DNA of 64,000 nt. Source: Escherichia phage GADS24. The position numbers and the translations under genes were made by a program. Below the pieces are notes generated by a model, which did not search any database, was not told the origin of the DNA, and was given only the letters and a program-made list of their open reading frames with translations. The DNA is taken from sequence record OQ703618.1; one strand, written 5' to 3'. The stretch's first letter is position 1; each line of letters starts with the position of its first letter. Below, piece by piece: positions 1-9,370 of this stretch.

Positions 1-744
1 CTCACCTTCTTGGCGGTCAGCTTCTAAAGATTGACTTGCTGCAATAGCACGACGAGAAATTTTAGTGCGAGCAATAACAGGCTTATCTTTACGTTTTTCT
101 TCTACAGCAGCAATAGAACCAGCGATAGCCGTTTCTTTGGTGACCTTTTCGCCAGTCTTTTTACTCACATAAACTTCGCCAACATCAGAATCTACTTTCG
201 TGTACAACTCTGTGTTAATGTTAGGGATGCCTTTAATATCTTCAATGTTGGCATTTTTACGGACCATCATCACATAGGTGTGTTTACCTGTGAATTGATA
301 CATTGCCGACAATACTTTAAAACGACCACCGGTTTTAGTAGAAACTAAACGAGCAAGAAGAGTTTGAAGTTGCTGTCCGCGTCCTTTCAATTTCTTGGTA
401 GGGAATCGGAACAGAACTGCATCCATACGAAGAGCTTTAACCTGCTCATATACTGTATTGAAAATGGTGTTGATTGCATCAATAGGAGCAGGACCAAGGC
501 CATTTTTCAATTCAGCGAGATTACCCTTTTCAGACAGACTCATAATAACAACATGAGCGTATTTGTCGCCAAGTTTAACTTGTTTTACAGCATCGCCTTC
601 AGAAAGGTAAGAGAATAAGCGAACTACGATGTTTGTATCAACATCACCAATTTTCCAGACTTGCGGAACTTTAGCTTTAGGGTTCAAATTGACGACAGGA
701 AGACTGCCTTCAGATTCAAACACTTCATTTAATTGTTCAGACAT
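1..744 (-). CDS. alt: Alt-like ADP-ribosyltransferase, N-terminal 248 codons only (gene continues beyond window start)
   Basis: ATG at 742-744 with AAGGAAAA RBS; frame open to position 1; N-terminal translation (MSEQLNEVFESEG...) resembles T4 Alt as recalled; position downstream of gene 30 matches T4. Confidence 0.6.
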   Translation of the reverse strand, partial: MSEQLNEVFESEGSLPVVNLNPKAKVPQVWKIGDVDTNIVVRLFSYLSEGDAVKQVKLGDKYAHVVIMSLSEKGNLAELKNGLGPAPIDAINTIFNTVYEQVKALRMDAVLFRFPTKKLKGRGQQLQTLLARLVSTKTGGRFKVLSAMYQFTGKHTYVMMVRKNANIEDIKGIPNINTELYTKVDSDVGEVYVSKKTGEKVTKETAIAGSIAAVEEKRKDKPVIARTKISRRAIAASQSLEADRQEGE

Positions 745-780
745 AGTGTTTTCCTTTTAGTAATAATTTATATTTATGCC

Positions 781-801
781 AAAAAAGAGCCCGAAGGCTC
801 T
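781..801 (-). terminator. CGAA/UUCG tetraloop hairpin (AGAGCC-CGAA-GGCTCT) followed on minus strand by U-tract
   Basis: Inverted repeat 786-801 preceded on plus strand by A6; lies right after stop of ORF 801-989. Confidence 0.5.
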
Positions 802-989
802 TAATCTACAATCGGGAGCAAAGTACGATAAACTTCAAAATTAGGGCCTTTTTCGTACTTATCAAAATTGTCCATAAAAATACGATAGGAATCATTATTA
901 GGAAAATCTAATACAATTTGGGAACAAGAGGTGGAAACATTGCGACCATCTTTATTAGCGACAACTACTGTTTCTAAATAAGCTTTCAT
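801..989 (-). CDS. hypothetical small protein (alt.-x-like), 62 aa
   Basis: ATG at 987-989 overlaps ligase stop (TAATG coupling); track ORF 801-1010 starts with GTG. Confidence 0.4.
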   Translation of the reverse strand: MKAYLETVVVANKDGRNVSTSCSQIVLDFPNNDSYRIFMDNFDKYEKGPNFEVYRTLLPIVD

Positions 990-2482
990 TATAAACCTGT
1001 CTGGGACCACGGTCCAAATACGTCTTCAAATGAATCCGCTTCTGTTTTATCAAAACGGAACCCTTTAATAATTGGAAGGAAAATACCTACAGTACCTTCA
1101 CGGCCTTTAGAATGAACCCAACCATTGCATTCGCAATCGGCGATACGTCCAATTAATTTACCTTCACGAGCTTCTGTCATTAATCGTTCACGGTCTAAAT
1201 CATGACGCTCGTCTAAAGGAATAAGAACCTTTACACCATCAACTGTTTTATGAGTTGTATCTTTAAAACCTGAACCACAATCGGTTGTAATACGACGACA
1301 ACGTGATACGAGTTCGACACCACCTAATTTGTTAGGGTCTTTAGAGTGTTCATAGTATCCTACAACTTCTAAAGCGATATCAATAACTTCTTTAAATTTA
1401 ATTAGGTTCTTAGAGCGTTTGTTTTCCCAATATGAATCACGGTTTTTAAGGATAATACCTTCAAGACCTTGGTCAACATATTTTTTATAAACCACTTTAG
1501 CTTCGTCAAGATTACGAACTAACTGATTTTCAATTGGCTCAATTCGCTTAAAGCCTTCAGCCATATTTTCAAGAGCAGCAAAACGAACATCGTATTTCTG
1601 ACCTTTAATTTTGCCATCAGAATAGACTTCATCTAAAGGAACATAGTCCCAGGCTTGAAGAACCATACCTTCCGCTTCTTTAGGAGAAATAGTCCCTTGA
1701 AGAGATTTATTTGCTAAACCATTTGAAGTGCTACGGTCTGCAACTTGTACTTCTTCGGATTCTTCATTATCACCAAATAAGAACGACAGATCATTTCCTG
1801 AGCTCACAGCCTTTTTAATATCGAATGAATGATAAACTAATTCACCATCGATTAAAACCCCATTAGGGTGTCTTTCACGAGCTTCTTTAGTCATTTCCAT
1901 TAGTTCATCCGCTAATAGAGTAAGACCGTGATATTCGTTACCGGCACGAGAAAAGAATTGAACACCATCATCGCGAACTTCAGCGAAACAACGAGCACCA
2001 TCTGCTTTTAATTGGGCAAATGCAGGCCATTTAATATTTTTAGTAATTAATTTCTCATCATATGCAGATGCTAACATCTGTGGTTGCAATTGAATAAGTC
2101 CAGGCCACACCTTATTCGCGATAGACACTGAAGCACCTACTTCAAGGTCGCGCATCATTACACGACGAAGGACTTCTACATCATCAGGTTTACCATCAGC
2201 TATATACCACATGAGCTCTTTAATTGCAGCATTACCAGTGAGTTTACGAGTGGCTAATGTGAACTCAATAAAATCCAACATGTCATCTAATTCAAGAAGT
2301 CCGTACGCTTGAGACCTTTCACCAGGTCCTGGCCATTTCTTAATATAATACTGGATACCACGTGCATATGTTAAACGATACACACGTTCAAGTAATTTGT
2401 TGTCCTTATTTTTCTTAAGGATTTCTTGTTTTGTTTTAGTAGAACCGATCGCAGCTATTTGGTTTAAAATATCTAAAATCAT
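989..2482 (-). CDS. 30: ATP-dependent DNA ligase (T4 gp30)
   Basis: 497-aa translation closely matches T4 DNA ligase over full length (MIL.ILN.IA.IGSTK.KQ.IL.KNKDN...FGP/DF...TGL). Confidence 0.97.
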   Translation of the reverse strand: MILDILNQIAAIGSTKTKQEILKKNKDNKLLERVYRLTYARGIQYYIKKWPGPGERSQAYGLLELDDMLDFIEFTLATRKLTGNAAIKELMWYIADGKPDDVEVLRRVMMRDLEVGASVSIANKVWPGLIQLQPQMLASAYDEKLITKNIKWPAFAQLKADGARCFAEVRDDGVQFFSRAGNEYHGLTLLADELMEMTKEARERHPNGVLIDGELVYHSFDIKKAVSSGNDLSFLFGDNEESEEVQVADRSTSNGLANKSLQGTISPKEAEGMVLQAWDYVPLDEVYSDGKIKGQKYDVRFAALENMAEGFKRIEPIENQLVRNLDEAKVVYKKYVDQGLEGIILKNRDSYWENKRSKNLIKFKEVIDIALEVVGYYEHSKDPNKLGGVELVSRCRRITTDCGSGFKDTTHKTVDGVKVLIPLDERHDLDRERLMTEAREGKLIGRIADCECNGWVHSKGREGTVGIFLPIIKGFRFDKTEADSFEDVFGPWSQTGL

Positions 2483-2748
2483 TTGATGTCCTCGATTTTG
2501 GTTACGGTTCTATTATAAGCCACTTCATCTAGAAGCGATTTCAGCGTTTTCTGATAAGTGGTAATCCATTTACCAAGACCTTCAACATAATATTCTGAAA
2601 TGTAGATGAACCCTTGTTCAACACACTCTTTAAATATTTCTGCGTCTTTTACTGAACGAAACACTGGCCAATCTCGAAAGAACATGTTAACGTGACCGTA
2701 GTCACGCGTTGTGTTTTTGCCATCTGTAATATCATGAACTACAAACAT
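2479..2748 (-). CDS. hypothetical protein (30.1-like)
   Basis: ATG start 2746-2748, overlaps ligase start; synteny. Confidence 0.55.
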   Translation of the reverse strand: MFVVHDITDGKNTTRDYGHVNMFFRDWPVFRSVKDAEIFKECVEQGFIYISEYYVEGLGKWITTYQKTLKSLLDEVAYNRTVTKIEDIK

Positions 2749-2757
2749 AATTAACCC

Positions 2758-3573
2758 TTAACAATTTACAGACCAAGTCCATTTGGACGAATCTAAAGGA
2801 AAGTTTTGAATCGTCCACCATGGCTGCATATTGGTTGGTCCTGGGGTTCGCCAGGTATACGGATTCGACGGAGTGCCAATTTGATTAGGCCATGCACCTG
2901 GACTTGTTGCACCAGATTCTTTAAGCAAATCCGCCAATCGTTTTAAAAGGTCTTCACGATCTGAATCTGAATTACGCTCTGGTGGAACCAAACGAGATTC
3001 AATATCATCCCATGTGTGTACGCGTTGTGCAGTACGAGGAATATCATCACGTTCACCACGAGCCAACCAATAAATCGGTACATTAAGAATTTCTGCTGCA
3101 TGGTCACAGTGATGAGCTAAATCGTCAACGTAACAAATCACGTTATATTTTGTTTTAGCTAGTTCGAATAATTGTTCCTTTGAAGAATCATGTCCACACA
3201 TCATTACTTCAGAAAAGGCGCCTGGGAACAAAGCATTCAAATTAAATTGTCTATTCAATCGAGCATCAATTGAATCACCTAGCGCCGTCACGGCTACAAA
3301 ATTATAGTCTTCTTTTAGTTTATTGATAACTCGAAGAGCATCCGAATAAGGCGCTAAGTAACGAATAAAATCAGAGCGATTATATTTTTCTATTAATTGT
3401 TTACCGAGGTTATCGTCGGTATTGAATAGTTTACCAGGAGAAATAAATTTTTCGTCCTGAATCATTTTTAAAATATGTTCTAATGGAAGATTATATTTTT
3501 GGGCAAAATAAGGAAGTCCAGATTGCCAGCTTAAACATACACCATCAATATCGGTCAAAATAGTAGGCTTCAT
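2758..3573 (-). CDS. HAD-superfamily hydrolase-like protein (30.2-like)
   Basis: N-terminal LTDIDGV motif (HAD motif I, DxDG); 271 aa; Trp-rich C-terminal tail. Confidence 0.55.
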   Translation of the reverse strand: MKPTILTDIDGVCLSWQSGLPYFAQKYNLPLEHILKMIQDEKFISPGKLFNTDDNLGKQLIEKYNRSDFIRYLAPYSDALRVINKLKEDYNFVAVTALGDSIDARLNRQFNLNALFPGAFSEVMMCGHDSSKEQLFELAKTKYNVICYVDDLAHHCDHAAEILNVPIYWLARGERDDIPRTAQRVHTWDDIESRLVPPERNSDSDREDLLKRLADLLKESGATSPGAWPNQIGTPSNPYTWRTPGPTNMQPWWTIQNFPLDSSKWTWSVNC

Positions 3574-4028
3574 AGAGAGTCTCTTAATAGGTTTAACACA
3601 TCAATAAATTCAGCTTCGGTTAGTATTGTATCATCTTTTGTTAGACCACTAGCCATGCTGTGCTTCAAAATTTTTCCTTTAGAGGCTTGTAATGCATCGC
3701 GAAAGCCCTTGTTTTGGATCGCTGCTTCAAAATATGCATTTGTATACAACTCTTTCCATGCTGCAGAGTATCTTGAAAAGGGAACTCCAATCCAGAAGAG
3801 GGTCCCACGGTCCTGAGCTCTAGCATAAGCTCGCCCAGCTTGTTGGGCGGCAAGCCCGGATAACCCAAATATACGTCTTTGTTGTTCAACATTTTTCACC
3901 TTACATCCTTGGAGAAATCCTTCAAGACCTCCGAATTGAATACCATCCATAACAAAAGGCCATTGGGCGAAATTACTTAATGCGCATGACGGCCATTTGA
4001 AATTGCTTCTTATTTCTAATTCACACAT
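3570..4028 (-). CDS. hypothetical protein (30.3-like)
   Basis: First ATG at 4026-4028 (track start at 4037 is GTG); overlaps next gene start. Confidence 0.5.
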   Translation of the reverse strand: MCELEIRSNFKWPSCALSNFAQWPFVMDGIQFGGLEGFLQGCKVKNVEQQRRIFGLSGLAAQQAGRAYARAQDRGTLFWIGVPFSRYSAAWKELYTNAYFEAAIQNKGFRDALQASKGKILKHSMASGLTKDDTILTEAEFIDVLNLLRDSL

Positions 4029-4239
4029 CTTTAACACTTATAATTTCAACATCGGCCCAATGACCGTATCCAGGTATACGGTCTTCGATAGATAAATTTC
4101 CGTCATTTTTAGGCATTTTAATTGACGTAACGTATGGTTCTAAACGGTTTTCTGCATAATATGGAAAAACGTCTGTTACACGATAAGTAACTTCGATCAT
4201 TTCCGTACCAAACAATTTCTGGATTAATTTATTCAACAT
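4021..4239 (-). CDS. hypothetical protein, 72 aa
   Basis: ATG 4237-4239; compact packing. Confidence 0.45.
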   Translation of the reverse strand: MLNKLIQKLFGTEMIEVTYRVTDVFPYYAENRLEPYVTSIKMPKNDGNLSIEDRIPGYGHWADVEIISVKDV

Positions 4240-4426
4240 GTTTCAACCCTTTAATAGGAGATAACTCTTTACCCATACGTATGTCAGAAGTCCAATCAAC
4301 CCATTGAACAGCATACGCTTCATTGATAATTCCAGCGGCGGTTTTAAATTCAGGGAGAACTTTAAAAATCACCCCAGGAATTCCAACACCTTTTAATTGG
4401 ACTGTTTGTGCTATTAAAAATTTCAT
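4229..4426 (-). CDS. hypothetical protein, 65 aa
   Basis: ATG 4424-4426. Confidence 0.45.
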   Translation of the reverse strand: MKFLIAQTVQLKGVGIPGVIFKVLPEFKTAAGIINEAYAVQWVDWTSDIRMGKELSPIKGLKHVE

Positions 4427-4480
4427 ATTTTTCCACTTACTAAAGAAATCATTATACTCTAATCCATCCTTGGATGTAAA

Positions 4481-5095
4481 CTACTTAATGAAATTAATTT
4501 CTACCGGATGAACAACAGGTTGAGCAGTGATATATTGAGTAATTGCTTTCATGACTAGAGCTTCAGAACCAGGATTTTTCTCAACGAATTCACGTGCTTG
4601 GTTATGAGCTTCAAGTTCACTTAGTAAACCACTTCGTTGGCATCCACGGTCTTGAGTACCTTGTTCAGATAAAAAGACGACGATGTATTTTTCATCGTCA
4701 TACGGTTTAGACGGTTGAGCAAATGTTCCTTTACTTCCAAAAGGAGAGTTATGACGCCACATCACGCCGTGAGGAGTTTCAACCTTCGTATATTCATGCG
4801 GGCCATTTTTCTTAGTTTCTTGATGTGGAACTTCGTGGACCTTAGGGTTAGGACATTCAATAAAATGCTCATCTAAATCGGTCGAGAATATTAAAGTAAA
4901 ACAATTACTAAATTTACCAACACCTGCCTGATAAATTTTACCTTCAGAAGTTCTAATTTCACAAACTGAGCCAGCATCAGTAACTTCTAAAACTTCAAAA
5001 GGCTCGATAAGGTCATATGAGAACATGTTTTTAAGGCGTGGAGTAATATCCCCATTTTTAAAATTCATTTTATAAAAAGTATTAACTTTAAACAT
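4481..5095 (-). CDS. hypothetical protein, 204 aa
   Basis: ATG 5093-5095 with GAGGAAA RBS. Confidence 0.55.
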   Translation of the reverse strand: MFKVNTFYKMNFKNGDITPRLKNMFSYDLIEPFEVLEVTDAGSVCEIRTSEGKIYQAGVGKFSNCFTLIFSTDLDEHFIECPNPKVHEVPHQETKKNGPHEYTKVETPHGVMWRHNSPFGSKGTFAQPSKPYDDEKYIVVFLSEQGTQDRGCQRSGLLSELEAHNQAREFVEKNPGSEALVMKAITQYITAQPVVHPVEINFIK

Positions 5096-5107
5096 AATTT
5101 CCTCAAT

Positions 5108-5123
5108 GGGAGCCGAAGCTCCC
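5108..5123 (-). other. GGGAGC-CGAA-GCTCCC tetraloop hairpin without U-tract (possible RNA stability/processing element)
   Basis: Perfect 6-bp stem with 4-nt loop in intergenic region. Confidence 0.4.
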
Positions 5124-5130
5124 AGTTAAA

Positions 5131-5496
5131 TTAGATATCAAATTCGTTAAGAACTACATCAAAGATTGCTTCGAGATGTTCAGGTTTAGCTCGGTTACTC
5201 AGGATATGACGAATCCAAGTTTTAACCAGAAGTTTACGATTAACACCATTCCAGCAAGGATGAGTACCTAAATCACGTTGACGGAAATCATCATCTAATG
5301 CAATTTTGAAGTTGGAACCTTCCATTGTGATTGAAACCGTGATGCCATTTTCAAATCGCATATAAACATAATTAGGAGTCATATACTGCTCAATTTCACA
5401 TACTGAACCATTTTTATGCTTCCACAAACAAACCATATCGATAGAACCAGCGATACCGTTAGAAACATATTTACGTTCGAAGTTGATGTAGTTCAT
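5131..5496 (-). CDS. hypothetical protein, 121 aa
   Basis: ATG 5494-5496 with GGAGA RBS; own upstream early promoter. Confidence 0.55.
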   Translation of the reverse strand: MNYINFERKYVSNGIAGSIDMVCLWKHKNGSVCEIEQYMTPNYVYMRFENGITVSITMEGSNFKIALDDDFRQRDLGTHPCWNGVNRKLLVKTWIRHILSNRAKPEHLEAIFDVVLNEFDI

Positions 5497-5536
5497 TTTA
5501 TTCTCCAGATGTTTAAGTTGTTTGTTGGTACAGGTC

Positions 5537-5566
5537 TATAATAACATAACCTGTACCAAAGTAAAC
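5537..5566 (-). promoter_or_regulatory. T4-type early promoter (GTTTAC, 17 nt, TATTAT)
   Basis: Minus-strand reading GTTTAC-N17-TATTAT upstream of ORF 5131-5496. Confidence 0.5.
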
Positions 5567-5569
5567 TGT

Positions 5570-5938
5570 TTATGCAACTTTAATCCAATTGTCTAAATTT
5601 AAAACACCTTTGGCTTTCATTTTTTCTATCAGGTTATCTGCTGTAATGCGTCCATTTTGATACCATGTAACATCTTCAGAGTAACCAGTTTCTTCGTCAA
5701 CGTATGTTTCTGAACGAATTTTACCGGTAATAATAGTTTTTAATTCGTATGTGTCACCTGTGAAAAAGTTTGCTAACACAATTTTCCAAGAGAAATCATC
5801 AGAAGGACCTTCAGGGGTCATACAACCTACGAACTCAAATTGCTCTTTGTATAACATCCACTGGAATTCTTTAATTTCGATAGCTTTATAACCATCGTGG
5901 TCTTTACATTTGATGTATGAGTTCAGATTGATTTTCAT
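5570..5938 (-). CDS. hypothetical protein, 122 aa
   Basis: ATG 5936-5938 with GGAGAA RBS. Confidence 0.55.
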   Translation of the reverse strand: MKINLNSYIKCKDHDGYKAIEIKEFQWMLYKEQFEFVGCMTPEGPSDDFSWKIVLANFFTGDTYELKTIITGKIRSETYVDEETGYSEDVTWYQNGRITADNLIEKMKAKGVLNLDNWIKVA

Positions 5939-5981
5939 TTTGTTCTCCAGGTGGTTTTATTGATTAGATGGTACAAGTCTA

Positions 5982-6009
5982 TAGTAACACATCCTACAGG
6001 AGAGTAAAC
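5982..6009 (-). promoter_or_regulatory. T4-type early promoter (GTTTAC, 17 nt, TACTAT)
   Basis: Motif match upstream of ORF 5570-5938. Confidence 0.5.
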
Positions 6010-6040
6010 ATCTTTTTAAACTTTTTCTGCCCTAAACGCA

Positions 6041-6063
6041 CAAAAGGGAGACCGAAGTCTCCC
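6041..6063 (-). terminator. Intrinsic terminator, GGGAGAC-UUCG-GUCUCCC hairpin plus UUUUG
   Basis: 18-nt hairpin 6046-6063 with A-tract on plus strand (U-tract on minus transcript). Confidence 0.55.
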
Positions 6064-6068
6064 TAAAA

Positions 6069-6248
6069 TTATGCAACAACCTTTCCAAAACGAGAAGCAT
6101 CATCTCGAAGAACTGCACGTGCTCTGCGCATGATCTTCTCAACTGTTTGATTAATACGAGAGTTCGACCCACGCTTGTATCCAGCGCGTTTAGAGGTACC
6201 ATCAACTTTCTTTTCGACTGCTTTCTTTGCTTTAGCTTGTTTTGCCAT
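6069..6248 (-). CDS. small basic Lys/Arg-rich protein, 59 aa (below ORF-track cutoff)
   Basis: Hand translation MAKQAKAKKAVEKKVDGTSKRAGYKRGSNSRINQ...; ATG 6246-6248, stop 6069-6071; terminator immediately downstream. Confidence 0.45.
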   Translation of the reverse strand: MAKQAKAKKAVEKKVDGTSKRAGYKRGSNSRINQTVEKIMRRARAVLRDDASRFGKVVA

Positions 6249-6613
6249 TATAAATTCTCTTTAAATGAAAATGCAGGACTTATTGACATTGCCTGCTCAA
6301 GCCCTCAAGGGGAACATAGGTTTTGGATATTTAACGACAGGATAACCATAAACCCGTCATCATACCTTATAGCTCTTATCTGTTGCACACCGTTAGCTTA
6401 AAGGTTCCGGGTCCGATTTCTCGAGGATAAGATATATACTGATGGATATATAGGCCTTGAGGCGTACTCCCGATTGGCCATCACCTCGGGGTAGCATGCA
6501 CTTACCGCTATAAGAACCACATTCAAGAGGTACACCGTAAAATTGTCGGGGTCTTAAAACTATAATGATTCGCAAATCATTAATCAGACAATTCGACGGC
6601 TCCTCGATTTAAC

Positions 6614-6862
6614 TTACTTCAGGGTAATAACAAAATGACGAACTGCTTTGCGTGCTGCAGAAGCCAGAGGCTTAGCATATTTCAATTCATCTTTCTGGAC
6701 CAGGATATCGCGAAGATCGGCTTGTGCTGGATTCAGATGTTTGAAATACTGTAAGATTTCAAGAGCTTCGGCTTCAACATCAATAGATGCACCGTAATTG
6801 TCATGACCATTATTCCATGCATGGCGTTGCAGTTCAAGAGCGTGTTGTAATTGTTTAGTCAT
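6614..6862 (-). CDS. rIII: rIII lysis-inhibition accessory protein
   Basis: 82 aa, same length as T4 rIII; synteny adjacent to gene 31. Confidence 0.8.
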   Translation of the reverse strand: MTKQLQHALELQRHAWNNGHDNYGASIDVEAEALEILQYFKHLNPAQADLRDILVQKDELKYAKPLASAARKAVRHFVITLK

Positions 6863-6978
6863 TTTAAATTCTCAATTCGAGATAATATTTAGTAGCCACG
6901 TTCTTCTGAATTTCACCTTCTTTCGACAAGTCTCTCAGTTGTAGGCTACTGCTTAGAAGAGTGTTCTCTTCATATAGT

Positions 6979-6986
6979 TATTTATA
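6979..6986 (-). promoter_or_regulatory. Late promoter core TATAAATA (minus strand)
   Basis: Exact TATAAATA just 3' of gene 31 stop, 117 nt upstream of rIII start. Confidence 0.35.
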
Positions 6987-7319
6987 TCACTTATAAAGAC
7001 ATGGAATAGCTTTATAGTGGCATGTTACGAATTTCTGTTTAATTTCTTTAGGTTGTTTAAGTCCTAAAGCCACAAATGGATGTGGAACATTTCGAATTTG
7101 TCCAACTGGTAGTGGAGTCAAATCACCGACTTCAACAAAACCTTCAGGAACATCAGGACCTACAGAATGAACTACACATAGTTCAGGAACTTCACCTTGA
7201 ACACGTTTACCGATCACAAGTCCTGATTCTGTAACTTCTTCATCACCTGCTTGAGCGGGTTCAGAAACCAGAATGACATATTCACCAACAGCACGAATTG
7301 GGAGTTGTACTTCAGACAT
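6987..7319 (-). CDS. 31: gp31 co-chaperonin (GroES analogue)
   Basis: 110-aa translation near-identical to T4 gp31 as recalled ([29 protein letters not shown]...KAIPCLYK). Confidence 0.95.
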   Translation of the reverse strand: MSEVQLPIRAVGEYVILVSEPAQAGDEEVTESGLVIGKRVQGEVPELCVVHSVGPDVPEGFVEVGDLTPLPVGQIRNVPHPFVALGLKQPKEIKQKFVTCHYKAIPCLYK

Positions 7320-7376
7320 CTTATTTCCTTGTTGTTTGACGATAGATTAATAATACCATACTATTCGTAAAGCATA

Positions 7377-7673
7377 TTACATAAGAAGCAAACGTTCTAC
7401 CGGAGTACCATCAACCGAAATTACTTTATCAAGGCGGAAAGAACGCCACTGACCTAACTTGGTATCGAATGCTCGAACTGATTCACGAGGTTCATAACGA
7501 ACTTCTGTTGCCGGATTGTTATTTTCGTATTTGACTTCAAGTTCATCGCGCGAAGCAAACATAGTGCGTACCTCGCCGTTAGCTTTTTCAAATACAACAC
7601 AATGAACGCCTACAGACAGAATAGTTTTAATACGTTCACGAAGAACCATAGTTTCTTTTTCAGTTAAAATCAT
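7377..7673 (-). CDS. hypothetical protein (31.1-like), 98 aa
   Basis: ATG 7671-7673 one nt from cd stop. Confidence 0.5.
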   Translation of the reverse strand: MILTEKETMVLRERIKTILSVGVHCVVFEKANGEVRTMFASRDELEVKYENNNPATEVRYEPRESVRAFDTKLGQWRSFRLDKVISVDGTPVERLLLM

Positions 7674-7674
7674 A

Positions 7675-8256
7675 TTATTCACCACAAAAGTTTCGGATTT
7701 GTTCCCAATTCAGAGAACGAAGATTATTACGAGAGTACTGAATTACTTCAATACCGGCTTGTTTAAGAATGTCTGCCCAATTTTCAGGAGATCGGTCATA
7801 TAATTCTGCATATACAACCTTTTTAATACCTGACTGTGTAATAGCTTTAGTGCAATCAGGACATGGAGAAAGTGTCGTATACAACGTAGCACCTTCAATA
7901 GAATTACCTTTACGAGCTGCAAACAAAATTGCATTCAATTCTGCATGGATTTCGTTATTAGCAGACCATGCACTATGAGCGGCCCGATGTTCTTTAGCCA
8001 AAACAAAATTATCTACCCGTCCAAATGCTGTAGTGCCTTCTTTATGTCCAGCAACTATGACCGGGCTTGGTTTATTCTTCAACCAACCATTTTCTGATGC
8101 GTGTTCACAACAGTTAACGCCACCTGCTGGTGAGCCATTATATCCAGTAGAGATAATGCGTCCATCTTTTTCAATGACGGCACCAACTTTCCATGAACAA
8201 CATTTTGATTCTTGAGAAATCAGATATGCAATCTGAAGGTATGTGCTAGCTTTCAT
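7675..8256 (-). CDS. cd: dCMP deaminase
   Basis: 193 aa; zinc-binding deaminase motifs HAE...PCxxC (HAELNAI, PCPDCTKAI); synteny. Confidence 0.93.
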   Translation of the reverse strand: MKASTYLQIAYLISQESKCCSWKVGAVIEKDGRIISTGYNGSPAGGVNCCEHASENGWLKNKPSPVIVAGHKEGTTAFGRVDNFVLAKEHRAAHSAWSANNEIHAELNAILFAARKGNSIEGATLYTTLSPCPDCTKAITQSGIKKVVYAELYDRSPENWADILKQAGIEVIQYSRNNLRSLNWEQIRNFCGE

Positions 8257-9248
8257 TATTGAACCTTATTAATATGAGTTAACAGCTCTTTAGTTTGTTC
8301 CCAACTGATGCACGCATCGGTAACGGAAACGCCATAGGACATATTATCAGAAATTTTTTGATTTCCTTCATGTAGGAATGATTCTATCATAATTCCTTTG
8401 ACCAAATCATTAGCTGCTAAATTTTTACCAATACCAATTTGATTGCTATAATGCCCATCAGCGTTTGCATGGCTACAGTCAACCATTACATAATGATTCA
8501 GACCTACTGCCCTTGCTTTGTTAGAAGCTTCTTGAATATCAGAAGAATGATAGTTCGGGCCGTTGGTCCCGCCACGCAATACGATATGCGTATTCTGATT
8601 ACCTTCAGCTTCAACAATGCCTACAGTACCATCGACGTCCATACCCATATACCGATGAGGCCAGGCGGCACTATACATCGCGTCTGTAGCTACTTTAATA
8701 GAACCATTGGTTGCGTTCTTGAAGCCTACGCACATCGGTAGACCTGAAGCAATTTCACGATGTGTCTGACTTTCAGTCGTACGGGCGCCAATAGCAACCC
8801 ATGAGAAAATACCAGAAAGATACTTAATCGTGAATGGGTCTAATACTTCAGTTGCTAATGGAAGTCCCATACGTAGAAGTTTACGACACAATGTTCGTGC
8901 AACTATAAGACCGTGGTTCATATCAAAACTTCCGTCAAGATATGGATCATTTACAAGACCTTTCCAACCTACGGTAGTTCGAGGCTTTTCAAAATAAACG
9001 CGCATCACTAACAGAACATTAGGAAGACGAGTTTGAAGTTCAGCCAGACGTTTGCCGTATTCAACAGCAGCAATAGGGTCATGAATTGAACAAGGACCTA
9101 CAACAATAAGTTTGCGTGGGTCTTCACCGTTCATAATCGAATTAACTTGTTCGCGATGAGAAGCCACTTGTGATGCGTAAGCTTCCGACAAAGGAATAAT
9201 CTCAGCCAGTTCTTTTGGAGAAATAAGTTTTCCGACGACAGGTAACAT
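8256..9248 (-). CDS. 3-deoxy-D-arabino-heptulosonate-7-phosphate (DAHP) synthase, class I (AroG/AroF/AroH-like)
   Basis: 330 aa with hallmark motifs shared with E. coli AroG: VVGPCSIHDP, VMRVYFEKPRTTVGWKGL, GARTTESQTHRE, VGFKN.T.G.IKVA, SHAN, ESFLHEGNQ, TDACI.WE; ATG 9246-9248 with AAGGA RBS; stop overlaps cd start. Confidence 0.9.
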   Translation of the reverse strand: MLPVVGKLISPKELAEIIPLSEAYASQVASHREQVNSIMNGEDPRKLIVVGPCSIHDPIAAVEYGKRLAELQTRLPNVLLVMRVYFEKPRTTVGWKGLVNDPYLDGSFDMNHGLIVARTLCRKLLRMGLPLATEVLDPFTIKYLSGIFSWVAIGARTTESQTHREIASGLPMCVGFKNATNGSIKVATDAMYSAAWPHRYMGMDVDGTVGIVEAEGNQNTHIVLRGGTNGPNYHSSDIQEASNKARAVGLNHYVMVDCSHANADGHYSNQIGIGKNLAANDLVKGIMIESFLHEGNQKISDNMSYGVSVTDACISWEQTKELLTHINKVQ

Positions 9249-9370
9249 AACAATCCTTAGGAGATATAAACAGATTCTGATTCAACAATACCTTTAACCA
9301 GATTAGACAGGCTAAGTTGGTAGTGCCTCAAGATTTATGACCATTCTCGATAGTAATGAGATAGCTCTCA

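Noticed and set aside
31-618. Plus-strand track ORFs 31-348 and 364-618
   Set aside because: Antisense to the alt coding region; no RBS; low-complexity translations
3665-3892. Nested 75-aa track ORF
   Set aside because: Alternate frame within the 30.3-like gene
6393-6575. Minus-strand 60-aa track ORF in the long non-coding region
   Set aside because: Initiates with TTG, has no Shine-Dalgarno sequence, and an arbitrary-looking translation; kept only as part of the ORF-free region finding
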